Numbered from the whole stretch's first letter, positions 23,930-37,700 are shown. The stretch is 63,883 bases of DNA, filler included, from Sluysia triapertura (GCA_046118255.1; 5 parts of 5 records of this genome joined end to end with filler, not necessarily neighbours in it), one strand, 5' to 3'. Numbers and translations are program-made. Notes: generated from the letters alone by a model not told the origin.

Positions 23930-25546
23930 ATTGTTAATATTCTCTGTGCTGTATCTGTGGGTATATCATCAAGTCTAGCACTGGAATCACATCCTAAAAA
24001 AATTATAAAGTCAAAGTAGTAATTATGATAAAATAAAATTTTACTATCTGTAATGTTTCACATTACCATTCCTGACTTTTTTCTGTACAAGCTTTGCCTT
24101 TCTTTTGTAGCGTATGATCTTTTGATATTGAAGACATTAGTTCGTATATAATTATCTGTGTTGATTTTTAAGATTATCGGCAACGTATTAGTGTAAGACA
24201 TGTTGATAGATATACTTGTTGGATCTATGATATTTGTATTTCTATTATTACTAGAAGTTTGCCAAGTATCTGATAATGACTTGTAATTTTGACAACTATC
24301 ATTAGATGATTCTGAAATGTTACGTGTAAGATTTACTAGTTCTACAAAAGTATTTAAACTAGTAATAGACTCCATTAATGAATTATGATTATGTTGATAA
24401 AATCGATAAATGTGAATAATAAGGACCGGGAATCCTTCATTTATTGACAATCCATCACTAATGTGTATAAAATTTGGTAAGATAACTGAATTACGCGTAA
24501 TTCTCATAACTTGACATATTGTTGATGAATAACTTGGAATATGATCCACCTTAGCATTGTTCAAACCTTCTATAGCTTGTGAAAGAGCAGTACATTTTTT
24601 AAAGATTCTTGAGATACATCAATTTTAACTTGTAATCCTTTTAATTTCATACATAATTGAGCTCGTGCATCTTTTAATTCAACAATTTCATCGTCCTTTT
24701 TATAAACACAAATACTTTAATTTGATGCAGTAAAAAATATAATTAGTAAGATCGAAGTTGAAATTCTCATCATCAGCTATTGACTCGGTCATGATAACAT
24801 CTGATATGGAAATGAAGTAATAACTACAAAGCGATTAATAAGATGGAACAATTGATTCAGATCATCAAATGCTGTAATCATTTTTTTAAGATCTAACATG
24901 CATTCGAATCCAACTTTCAATTTCCTTGTAAAAATTTTGAATATGTAATTTAATATCGTTGGATACATCGACATTTCGTAATATATTATTGTAAACTTTG
25001 ACCAATCCACACAAAACGAATTCCCGTCTCAAATAATTCATATTTGATTGTTGCTGTGAAATATTAACAGAACGTAGAATAATATGTTGCGATTGAGGGT
25101 TTGTAGTTTGTATTATATTTGTTTGTGTTGATGTAATTGGTGTTGTAATAGTTACTGTGCTGACCCCATTTGGTGCTGTAATTAATTTAGATGATCCGAT
25201 ACCACCAGCTGATGCGGTTAGAGACTGTAAAACATTCATAGGATCTGGTATTATATCACAAATTCCGGTAGTAATATTGCACGTAGATTGTTGATCAATC
25301 ATTTCTGGGTTATTATTCAAATCTGAACTAGATACATCAGTTGAAGGCGTAGGAGTATTTGATAATTGAGATATCTTTAATTTCTTTAGATTTAGTGAAA
25401 CACATTCTTTCAATATTCTCTGGTGAATTAATTAAATTGGAATTAAGTAAGACAGTAGATAGTTTTTGAATAACTTGGTTTCTTAATTCTTGACTTATAG
25501 AACAATCATCTTGATTAGATAGAAATTAAAAGTTAAAACTGTACAT
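23930..25546 (-). pseudogene. Decayed ~520-codon cargo gene of cassette 2, unknown family, probable short 3' intron 24044-23994
   Basis: ATG at 25546; ORF pieces 25413-24886, ~24885-24789 and 24564-24058 join by frameshifts/stops; GTAAAA...TTTTTAG 51-nt intron-like segment followed by a short exon. Confidence 0.6.
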
Positions 25547-25689
25547 TAAAATATATTTTTTGTTATTTTTAATTCACACTTCTTTTTCGTAAATTGAGAT
25601 TTTTTAACTACTTGTGATTATTTTTTGATAATGAAATCAGTACACAATTTTTGATAAGTGGAATTTAATTTTTAATTTTTAGTTTGTGG

Positions 25690-25872
25690 TTGGTCATCTA
25701 ATCAGGGCTTTACAAAAGATAAATCAGTAAAATCGGTCCTGATTGGATGATGGTTATAAAACCAAAGCTACGATACAAAAATGTGATTGCTGATGATTGG
25801 CCATCATCAGTATTGACACAATAATGAAAATTGTGATGAAAAGTGTCAATATTGGTGAAGGCAGCAACTAGT
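25690..25872. promoter_or_regulatory. Three-inverted-repeat head of cassette 2
   Basis: TCATCTAATCAGGGC (25694-25708)/GTCCTGATTGGATGA (25736-25750); CTGATGAT-tggcc-ATCATCAG (25790-25810); CATCAGTATTGACAC (25805-25819)/GTGTCAATATTGGTG (25843-25857). Confidence 0.75.
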
Positions 25873-25949
25873 TTTGTGTCATAAAAATTTACACGGCAGT
25901 TAATTTAACAATTGATAATAATAATAGTAATAATAAAAATACTAATAAC

Positions 25950-25980
<31 letters not shown>

Positions 25981-26372
25981 ATAAAACGGGAAAATATAAA
26001 AATAACGCATAAAACTTCTTTAAAAAATAATACACAATCTTACTTTCTTTTATATACTTCTTACATAAGAAAAATAAAAATAAAATATAAAATTTGACAA
26101 AACTGAGTGAAACAGCAACAATAACAGGGTGTACTATGCTCGAGTAATCGTTGTTATTTCATTATATAAGGTTGAATTCTTTAAAAATGTATAGGATTTA
26201 CCTTAGATTCTTGAAAGGTTTTAGCATGTTGAAATAAATTAAAATGTATTTGAGACTAAATTACTGAGTAGGAATTGTTTCGAAAGAATTGGTAAATATA
26301 ATTAACCTTTGAAGATATAGTAATTGATATGAGTCTTGAAATGAAATAAAGAATGTTAGAATAAGTTCTTCG

Positions 26373-26472
26373 NNNNNNNNNNNNNNNNNNNNNNNNNNNN
26401 NNNNNNNNNNNNNNNNTTAATTAATTAANNNNNNNNNNNNNNNNNNNNNNNNNNNNNNNNNNNNNNNNNNNN
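26373..26472. other. Assembly gap with TTAATTAATTAA spacer
   Basis: 44 N + spacer + 44 N. Confidence 0.98.
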
Positions 26473-27526
26473 TATATATGAGGCTAGAGCATTCATCACT
26501 AATATCGTCATATGATTGGGCTTTACGTATTTCGAAGGTACCAAATTAAAAAATGGTAGATAAAAATATTATGGTTTTATTTTTTTATCAATCTTGTTAT
26601 TTAAAACATTATATTATATTGAATAAAATGCACCAATAAAATTTATTGATTGTAACTTAGTTACAATAGTGCGATATTAACCACATTATAAAAATAATGC
26701 AAATGTCAGTCGTATTATGGTAGGTAATGATATAACAGTATATTGTAGATGTATATAAACTAAGCTAACACATTGATTTTGATGGATATGAGAAAATAAG
26801 TGTTTTAATTCATCGAATCGTAAATGCTTCTGTATTTTAAGATACTAATATAATCCTTCGAAATTAGTATGTTTATAAATGTTCAAAACATTCTAATCAA
26901 CGTCTGTAAATGTTAGAGATATTCAGCCAATCAAAACAACAATAAATTGTAAATTTCAAGAAATAAATTAATTTGTTTTAATAATCATTTTAAAAATTTT
27001 TTCATTTATTTTATTATTAGTAAATTTCTTATTTTATATGAAACACTAAATAAATCAAAAAATGCAAAGTGGTGTACTTCTTAACAATGATATAAGAGAA
27101 ATATTACAATAGACAAGAAAAATAATATAGATTGGCATTTCCGCTTATTTTACAGCAACTATAATATTTCTAGGCAAATGTCGAAACGCAACCAACCGTT
27201 AAAATTTACTTGTCATTATATTATGTTAATTATATTTTCGAAGAAATAAAATGAAATATGTGACGAAATTAATGTAAAAGTAAATATTTCTAAAGTCTTA
27301 AAGCAATATGTCGTCTCTTAATATTTGTTATGTACCATATTATCAGACAAAGATGTTATTATTTACTGATTACATTTCATCATGATATTTTTCTGCTATG
27401 TATAAACTAATTTAAGAAGGAAATTACTTATTTATACATTATTTTTGTTTTGATTAAAGAAATAATTTCTAATATTATATAATAACTATCTACTTATAGT
27501 AAATATTTAAATTATTATTAATCTAG

Positions 27527-29077
27527 ATATCAGATATATTTGCAAATTCGAAAAGACATTAATAATTTTCGATTACCGGTCAATGATGACAATGACTTTA
27601 CTCTTTTATGTGCTCTAATACTTCAATGTAAGCTTGATTAATATTATTTTATAAAACAATTAAAATTCTGTTAATATTTCAGCTGATTTTGGTGATTATC
27701 AAGAATCTGGATTTGCACCGAATTATGTACGTCAGGCTATTCCAAATAGACCTAGTAATACTAAATTAGAGGAAATGATTCGAATAAAACACGAATCATT
27801 AAAGTTAATATTTTATATAAATAAATAAATAATTTTATATAATATTTATTGAATTTTGTTTTGTAAATAGTATTTAGTTTTATTATTGACACACACCTTA
27901 ACATGATTGGTCAAAATCGATTCTTTTTGCATATATTTTAATTAATCCAAAATTTGTTTAGTGAAATTGTAATGAATAATGATTTATTTATTTCTACTAC
28001 AGTTATTAAATTTGCTTGATTTTTATTATAAGTTTGGTTAGTATTTATTTTTTACATTATTTTAATTGGCTACTTTGTTTGTTACTTATTATCAATTCGC
28101 TAATGCGATCTTCAATATGAAGGTTGATCCTGCTTGTTAAAGTACAAATTTAGTTGCAGTAGCTAAGATCTATTCCAAATCGAATAAATTGATAATATTA
28201 TATTTTAATAGAGTAAAAGTTTTATAACAAAATTTAAAATATTAATTTAATTTAGAATGAAATTCTGCAAGCATGAAATGATTGGTTAATAGTATTACGT
28301 TACTGATTTGTTTGGTTTTATAATTTGATGTCAATAACTGTTGATGTTCGTACGAATCAGACTTGCACTTGCACATAATTGGTCTAAATTACATGTTTAT
28401 TGAATATTAAACGAATTATATAGTCATGTCGATTTAATATCAAGTTTATATCGCCACCAATCAATATTTTTTTATTACCAAAAAATTATATTATGTAAAA
28501 TTTAGTAATTTTTTTTAATATTAATGTATTACATTTTGTTTTTTTTAGTAAAATAACTTAATCATAGTCATTTTCTTTTAATTTCATAAAATAAAAAAGA
28601 CGAAAGATGCCAATAAATTCACAATTACTTGTTGAATTTACGTTGTACTTTATCTAATTTTTGATAAAACATATTTTATTACATCACATTCGACTTCATT
28701 TACTTTCAAGTTATTTAATAGCTTTTGTTAGTTTGCACTTTTTAGTATCCATTTATTTATTTTTATTTTAAAAATCTTTTTCGTTTGCTAATTAACTGTA
28801 GCACGTTTAGATCTATGTTTCATGCCAGTCTAAAGGTTGCTGAATTGCTTTTGTTTTTTGGATTTATTGAAAAATTATATTAATTTTATTGCTATTTTAT
28901 CATTTCATAAAACAACTAATGAAACTTTTGGTTTTTTTTGATCGGTTGTTTGACAATGCTTTTTTGTTAATGAGTTGTTTTAAATTCAATAAAGATGAAA
29001 AAATTAAATTTAAATTGTTAAGTATGATTCATAATGTATGTATCCAGAAATTGATAAATATATTACGTTAGATTAAG

Positions 29078-29127
<50 letters not shown>

Positions 29128-29600
29128 AATAAGAACAAATATAAAGGTAGATGTTTGATTTTCTTTTTAGTTTTTTAAATAAGTTACATCAATTAAGAAA
29201 AGTTTACATGAAAAATGCTGTTTACTGGATAATTGTTCAGCAAAATCGCATTTGTTAGAATGTTATTTTAATTATTTACATTATTAACTTGCTTTATTCT
29301 TGTAAATATATTTTATAAATATTTGTCAGAGGAATGGAACCAGTTACAGCTGAATACCAGTTTTTATTAAATATTCGTTGGTTTGAAAACTATGGAGCGT
29401 TTGTATTTCCAGTGAAAGTTAGTTTAGTAATAATAATAATTAATAATAATAATAATAATTATTATTATTATTAATATTGTTTGGATTTGGTTACTGTGTA
29501 TTTTTATTTAATTTTTAATTTTTTAAATTTTGTTCTCATTTATTAAACAAAATTTTAACAAATTTAAAAAATATATTTAAGGTCATTTTAAATTCTACAA

Positions 29601-29638
<38 letters not shown>

Positions 29639-30316
29639 GCTAATATAATTATGTCCTTTATTAATATTGTTTTATGATTATAAAGGTATTACTATATAAT
29701 AATGAAAATTTATTATTTATTTTGATTGTAAGCTATATATTAATTATAGATATTAATTACAACATTGCGTGCACTCAACACATCATTAAATTCGATAGTG
29801 TAAGGAAGTTTAAGGCCTCGTTGCACGACTAGATTGTGAACTTTGAACCTTGATTACCTTTCAAATTTATCGAACGCCTTCATTTTCATATTATTTATAT
29901 TTTATTAAATATATTTTATTAAAATGTAATTGACTTTAAAAATAAAATCAACAGAGTACTTTTCTGAACCCTTGAAGTTCTTTTAAATATTTCTGCTATA
30001 TTTGTAATCTTGCATGAAAGAATTGATTGGTTCCTAAAATAATCAATATTAAATGTAAAAATGACAGTGATAAAATTTCTTTGCTGAAAATGTTTAGAAA
30101 CAAAAAAGTAAAATATTAGAAAATTACACCAAAAAAATAAATAAATACATAAATAAAATTATTTTATTTTAGGATATCTACAACAGAAACTGCTTATTAA
30201 GTTTAAATCCACAAGGCTTCTCTTTGCGATTTAATAAAGATTCAAATATTAACTATGAAATGTTTTGGTTGGTTAATTTATATAATGTGTTGATTATGCC
30301 CTATATTAATGATACA

Positions 30317-30375
<59 letters not shown>

Positions 30376-33300
30376 AATTATACTATGTAAATGATTATAA
30401 ACAAATATCATTGGCATTATGAAGCATATATTTATTCAATAATGTTACAAATTTTACGTTTTGATTAATTTATTCCATGTAATTTCTTTAGAAAAAATTC
30501 GATGGTGTTAAGATATGCAAATAGAGGCTATTTTCTTCTATTTGAAAATACTTCCGATGGGTCTTAGTTCAAAAATGCATATACACAGGGTTGATGTAAT
30601 AATATTTTAGTGGTTGACAGAAATATTAAGGAACACGACATTAATCTACATATGGTTTTAGATCGTCTGGGATTATTTAATAATTTCGGTGTGGGCTTAT
30701 TTCTCAATATCACTGCTAGTATCACCACTATCTATTTCATTAAAGTCTTCTTATTGATGTGGGAAAATCGCGAGAAGTTGACGGTGTGCCTAAGTATAAA
30801 AATAACAGTAACTACTGACTTTGAAAAATATAGAAATCCGAATGAAAGTAATAAAGCGACGAGACCAGTAAATTATTTATCCATAATCATAGTTTAGGAG
30901 TAGACGTGATACAAATAAAGCTAAAATATTCTATAATACTTCATACAACTGCTATGGCTAAGCACTAACATACATAAACAACGCAGACTCAACATATATA
31001 CATCGGCAATAAGCGTTAATCGACTATTAGAACAAGTAAATTCATCAGAACGCTTATTTTTGTGACCAGTGCGTAAAGGGTTCATGTAAGTAAATTTGTG
31101 TATCGTAAAAGCTCTTACGACATATATTAAGTAAAAATGGTAAATGATACCATATTGAGATAAGTAACAGTCACCTACTAATCAGGCTAGACTCCTTGTT
31201 ACATTGGTCAAAAACGTAACCGAGATTATTTGACATTAGTCAGATATTAGACTAATATTTGGCTTTCCGATATTAGAGTATACTTTAGATGATATTAGAT
31301 GTTTATTATGAACTCAATTATTGCATAATAGACAACTAGTTATGTACTCATCACGTAAACTTCATGGTAAGAAAAAAATGAAGTAGATTATTTTAAGTTA
31401 TTCCTGATTGGCAGGAATAATAACATGCTTTTGATGTTTCTGTTTTGTAAGGCTATTGGTAAGTTATGATAATATATCTAATGTGCGCCACTAGTAAAAA
31501 TCCTATATCAATGACTTATATTTGCAAATATATAAACGGATTTATTGATTTTCACCTAAATCAAATAGTACTTCATTGCGGCAATTCCAAACTCCTAAGT
31601 ATACTTACTTGATATACGCTTTGGATTTAATGTGATATCAAATGATTCTTTATGTTATTTAAATATGTGTTACTTCAAGCTCTAAGCATCCATCATTAGT
31701 CATTATCTGGTATTAGTGTGTCAGTCTTCAAAGTCTTAACTTTCACATATTATTTCAGTCCAATAATGCTGAAAAATCAATTTGGTTCAATTTCCATTTA
31801 TTGAAGTTGAAGCTATTCAATTAATTTGAACTGTTAAAGCGAAATACGAACCATTTCCTAAAATAATATATTATTTTTCATAATAGATTAATTATTGATT
31901 ATGCCAGATTTTTTACACGAAAGTACAATAATCCTAATCTTAAAAAATATCTAGAGGCCTTAGTTCATCTCTACAAGGACATCATTTTAGGCTTTTGTGA
32001 ATTTTCAATAATTTTGAATTCACTTAATCGTAAGTCACACAGTTTCATAAGTTTCTTGTTAAGAGGTGTCACGTATTATTGAGTTATTATTATTACAGTT
32101 CCACAATTAAATTAAAGTTTACAAATTAAACTAGCCGTTGCGGTCTAAGGTGCAGTTTAATTGATTTTCGTTATTTTAAAACGAAATTTACAAATTAAGC
32201 TAGCCTTCTTAAGATCTAGCAAATGACAGTGTACGTTGGGATCTAATTTAAATAGGCAATAAAAACTAAACTTATTGTATTATTTTTACACACTCAAAAT
32301 GATACACAAAAAATATAAAACAAAAATTATAGTAATAATAGTACTTTAAATTACACTTAAGGATTATAATTCCGTAGTATTAGAATTTTATTATTACAAA
32401 CTAATCTAGTCCTTGAGCTCTAGAATTATTAACGATAGTTTAAATATAAATTTTATGCCCTCCTAATTAAAATAAAGACGATTAAACGTAACAACAATCA
32501 TCTTACTCTCGCATGGATTCTCGATTGATTCTTCTTTGAAGTTTAAAATTGTATTGTGCGAATATAGTTTCCGAAATTCAGTATTTATATACTGTATTTA
32601 CAATTTCATAATATTGATTTATTAAAACTAACAATTTCATTTGATTAAATTAAACACAATAATTTAAAAGTTTTTTATATTTTTTAAAATTAATTTTATT
32701 CATTTAATTTTATTCCTTAATTTATTTTTATATATAATTTAATTAAATTAAATTTTATTATTTATTTACAATGATAATCGAATTTATTATAATAATTAAC
32801 ATGAATTTTATATAAATAAATAAAACAATTAAAATTTAACTGTCAACAAATATCAAATATTAGCAAATACGTTTATACGTCTGCTTCCTCAAAACTTATG
32901 AAACAACCAAATAATAATGAGCTACGATTGAAGAAAATGTGTCAGGACACTTTCTGTGAAATTCACTGGACCATTTCCACGAACCACATTCTTGATTTTA
33001 ATAGTTTAGCAAAGCAGACTATAAAAGCAAACCAGTTTATAAAAATACTACAGAATACCACTCTCTTTTACATGATTTATGGTCGAGAAATATATAAGGC
33101 CAAGCATTAGAATAAGATAAAACAATACATGATGAAAGTAAACTGCTAAAAATATTTGAATGCTTTTATATGAATAATCACAAAATAATTTTCTTTATTG
33201 CACCATGGTAAAGGAATTACTACATAATTATTTAGTTATGTATAAATCACAAATTCAGTCAAATCATTTATAAATTATTGTGCTTTATAAAGAGTCAGTA

Positions 33301-34845
33301 TTAACGAATAATTGCTGAATATTTATAAACAACTTATACAATGAACTTAGTAATTTTTTGAAACTAGCATAATAATGTATTACTATTACAATTGTACTTA
33401 TTACTTATTACTAAACTTATATTATTCATAATTATAATAGTGACATAATTTTTTGTCCCAGTACCGTGAGGGTTGGTACAATATTACTATTAAAGTGTTT
33501 AAGTGCTGTTTTATATTTTCATTGTTTATTATAAGCATTTTTAATATTATATAATGTGTTTACGATTTTAGGCCTCGAATATCAAGTATTAAACGCAAAA
33601 ATAGAAAAATTATCATCAAAGAAAAACAGGAAGTATGTTTGATGTAATCAAATTAGTTACTTTTATTAAAAAGTAGATAAAACTTAAAAATTTAAAATTA
33701 TATTTTTATTATTATTATTTCAGAAAACTCAGTATCATATTTTTGAAATGTGTGACAAAACTCTTTGTATTGATTTGTATAAACTTGCTTCAGATAATTT
33801 TGCTTTTTTTAAGTAAGTTTTGGTTTTTTTTTAGTTTGTTAATTGAACCAAAAGACGCAATACCACTGAGAATTTCTATTATTTTTATGTTGCTTTTACT
33901 TATGTTATAATATAGCTCATAAAGTGTATAATAATTTTTCTATAGTTCATATCGTACTGTAATAATACAACAAATTAGTAATATTGGTTTTGGATATTAT
34001 AATTTAATTTTGTGTTGGTTTGTATAATTTCGTGTTTGATAGTATTTAATTTTAAACGGTTTTTTAAGTTACAGAGATTAATAAGACATTTTAGTTTTGT
34101 TTTAAATTAAAATTATTTAAAGTTTACAGAATTTGAAAATTCCGCTATAAATAAATCTAGCTTAACTAATCATATTTCAATGATATTTCAAACTCAATAT
34201 TTTGTTTTTTTAATTGTAAAATAAGTTGTTAAAAGATTCCTAAAGCAGTTATGTTTTAAGATTTGGTCTTTTAGCATTACTTCGTTTCAGTAATGACATA
34301 TTATATTTTGGTATCTTAATCAATAGTTTCAAGTATTGTAAATGATTGATTAAACACTAATAGTTATGTTTGATAAATTTAATATAAAACAATTAGTAAT
34401 ATATTAAAATTTTGTTAATCTAATCACATCAAACTAACTAAAATAGAACAGAATTTTGTGTTCAAGTGCATTATTTCTTCTTTATTAAATAAAAAAATAT
34501 AAAAATAAAATAATAATAATAATAACTAATTGAAGAGCATTAAAAGCACTTAGAAATGGAAATAGTAAACTTTTGGTTTTTGAAGGCTTCGATTATTGTA
34601 AAAAATATTAAAATTTAAAGGATCTAAAATCATCTTGTATATGCCATATAAAATTGTTTCAAAGATCTTGTTATATTATACTTTGAAAAAAACTATGTAA
34701 AATATATATATTTATTTAATTAATTATTACTATTATTTATGCTTATTAAGGTCCAAAAAAGATGAAAAACCAAATATTAAAGAGCCAATCAAAAGAACAA
34801 TAGGTCAAAGAAGTTCTAGAGAGTTTGGATATTTATCGGATAATT
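27527..34845 (+). CDS. Band 4.1/FERM-domain protein; exons 27527-27627, 27683-27803, 29330-29417, 30173-30267, 33572-33632, 33724-33812, 34751-34845 (both ends uncertain)
   Basis: Phase-consistent GT-AG exons give RYQIYLQIRKDINNFRLP...LILQSDFGDY...HESLKGMEPVTAEYQFLLNIRWFENYG...FWPRISSIK...LYKLASDNFAFFK, matching FERM F2/F3 lobe motifs. Confidence 0.88.
29080..30373. repeat. Intronic (ATT)n microsatellites (~29080-29120, 29431-29475, 29602-29637, 30318-30373)
   Basis: Perfect or near-perfect ATT/AAT runs. Confidence 0.9.
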
Positions 34846-36519
34846 GTTAGTATTCTAATCAAGTTTCAAAAGCAAACTGAAATTTATTATATTTGTAATA
34901 ATTATTCTTTAATTCATTAATCGTTTACTGCTATTTTAAATGTTAACTTTTTGTTTATCAATTACTTTGTTTGTTTTTTACTCTGGTTAAAATGAACTAT
35001 GAATGGCAGATGTATAATCCTCAGTCGAGAAATTGAATAGCGAGATTTCATGGATTTTAGAGTAGATTCCTAAGGATTTATGCTTGCGTTGGGAAGAAGA
35101 AAGAGCAGGGGAAAGATCAGTGTAGGTATATTTACTTCGTATTTTGGTAAGATGCGGTGACAGATGCATTAGTAAGTTTTAATTCAAAAAAGTTTCGAAA
35201 AGAACCTTTAAAAAAAACAAAATATAGCCTTTTATTTGGGTTCTGCACAAAGCGAAATATGGAAATATGGTATTATCAACATTAAAAAGACTCACTATAC
35301 AATGATAACTTACACAAGTATTAATTTTCTGTTGCACATATCAGCTATAAAATGTATAAATTATTATACATATTCGGGTTCATAATCACATTCATATTGT
35401 TTTATTATTAGAGAAATGATTTACCATAACAGAGTTGACTTTAAAAAAATTAGAATGGTTTTTGATAACGTGTTACGTATTTCAATTAATTCTTTCACAA
35501 CTGTTTGTATTTTGCATTATTTGTGAAATCATCAACATAGTCGAATACTGAACCTATTTTTAATTAGCTAGGCTACCTTTTTAAATAATATTGAACCTTT
35601 TTAGTAATATTGTACAAATAAGGATTGGAATGTCTCTATATTTTTAAGAATTTTGATATTATTTTAAATGTTGATATTTCTACATATCTTGTCTTTTTTG
35701 ATTTACTAATCCATCAATAACCTCTTATATTTTATAAGAGTTTTTTAATAGTTTAAACACGGTGTATTAGTGTAGTGAACTCCAAATCAATCCATAACAA
35801 TCACAAACACATTTTATCACAAATCAACACTTCTTACATAAACAAATTACTAAACAGATTACTCAATTCGTACAAAACATAAACCTAGTCATAATAATTT
35901 ATAATTAATGCAATTTTACAATTATTATCATGATTATTGTCATGATAATAACTATTGTTGTTACAATGTTTGTTTTTTTTTCTTTTGTTCCTTTTTATAT
36001 CCATATTTTTATCGTTTCTCACATTTTGTCACATTTCTGCTATTTCTACTTCATTTTATTGCTCAAAATCGGTTAAAATAAATCAATGGAATAAAATAGA
36101 TTGAATACAACCAACTTTCCAATGAATTTTTATATTATACAATTTAGAGAAAGTATTTTATACTTCAATAAAAATAAATTAATTAATAAATTAATAAAAT
36201 TTAAACTAATAAGAACTACTTTCTTTTATGATAGATATAATTTATACATTTTGTTCATCAATTATACGTAATGATTTGCTAGTTTACATATTTACAATTG
36301 CTTTTCTTAAAAAATACTTATCATTATAGTTAACTTTGAAAATAAATTCAGTTATAAATTTTGAAGGTATGACATTATGATTATGATATATTAACAAATA
36401 TTATGAAAAAATTAATATTAATTACTGATTTACGAATCTAAAACTGAAATGATTTTAAATTGGTCAGCATTTATCTTTTTATATTTTATATGACATATTT
36501 TTACTCGAAGTACACAAAA

Positions 36520-36725
36520 TATTGCAGTAGTTAATTGTGAGTTAAATTGTTGTTGTGATCGGTAGTGTGATATAGATCTCAAGAAACAATTTTCAACATG
36601 CTATGATACTGGAATATTAATTACAAATAATCGAGTTTGTAGTTATCAAAGCAAACAACATGATTTAACTAGGGATGGTAGATGTAAAATCAAGGGATGA
36701 TTTATGTATTTATACAACAAACTAT
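36520..36725 (+). pseudogene. Tectonic (TCTN family) N-terminal cysteine-rich domain remnant
   Basis: NCELNCCCDR*CDIDLKKQFSTCYDTGILITNNRVCSY...DDLCIYTTNY resembles the tectonic CDxNCCCDxDC..FSxC...C...CI..N pattern; in-frame TAG at 36563-36565 and a later frameshift. Confidence 0.65.
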
Positions 36726-37551
36726 AATGAATTAAATTATTATTAAAATCAAAATATAATAACTGATTCGAATAAACTATTTACGATTGTTGATAATTTA
36801 TCTAAAACATCAATTTCAAGTAACAAAAATAAAATAAATTCAGCGAAAACGTTCGGACACCAGATCCACAATGTCCAACTGAATTTGTGTTAGGTGTTGG
36901 ATTAATCAAAACAAAAATTTGTAATCTGATTTTTTTAGTGATGATTTTTGTTTAATGTGCAAAATGGCAGTTAAATCTGATCTATCACCAAAAGCAATAT
37001 TATCTATTAATGATTTTAACATCATCAGGTAAATATAGCAGAAATCGTCTTAAAAATGATATTATTTTTGTTAAATGTCAAATATTGTTATTAATGCTTC
37101 AACCTAATATAAAGTTCTGTACAGTATTTCCTAAAGGAGCATTTAAATCAAATAAGGTTCAAAGTACTGACTTTGTTAACTACGAATTGAAGTTAACGGG
37201 AAATACGTAAATACGAAACAAAAATCAAATTTAGCTATAAAATGTATAAAATTAAATCTTATTCCTGGACAACAGTGTAAAGATTATTTAACTATTAAAC
37301 ATCTGATCCTATTGAAAGTTATCTATTATCTTATTAATTTTATTTTATATTTTCGTTAATAAAAGTTGTGCGGTTTGTTTAGAATGAATTTTTTAACTTT
37401 CGTTTCTTGGTGTTTCTTTAATTTGATTATTACGACAGATTATAAAATAAATTGATTGTATTTAAAAGAAATAGAAATAAGATATTAAATAAAAAATAAT
37501 TTTCATTGTTTTAAATGAAAATATGATATATAAATATAAGACGAAATGCAA

Positions 37552-37600
<49 letters not shown>
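37552..37600. repeat. (ATT)n microsatellite at a contig end
   Basis: Perfect ATT run up to the gap. Confidence 0.95.
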
Positions 37601-37700
37601 NNNNNNNNNNNNNNNNNNNNNNNNNNNNNNNNNNNNNNNNNNNNTTAATTAATTAANNNNNNNNNNNNNNNNNNNNNNNNNNNNNNNNNNNNNNNNNNNN
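37601..37700. other. Assembly gap with TTAATTAATTAA spacer
   Basis: 44 N + spacer + 44 N. Confidence 0.98.

Larger units (their letters stand above)
23510..26020 (-). mobile_element. Palindrome-headed single-gene cassette, copy 2; abuts and truncates the Gypsy integrase
   Basis: Head 25690-26020 and tail 23511-23565 homologous to cassette 1; Gypsy coding similarity stops at the tail junction. Confidence 0.7.

Noticed and set aside
25860-25875. CTAG|T after hairpins as a Helitron 3' end
   Set aside because: Homology between copies continues ~150 nt beyond CTAG and no A|TC 5' end was seen; not fully excluded.
800-26020. The two heads as terminal inverted repeats of one 25-kb giant transposon
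   Set aside because: Each head has its own matching tail ~2.3 kb away, the interval holds host GLG1 and an assembly gap, and no polymerase or transposase is visible; two independent cassettes fit better.
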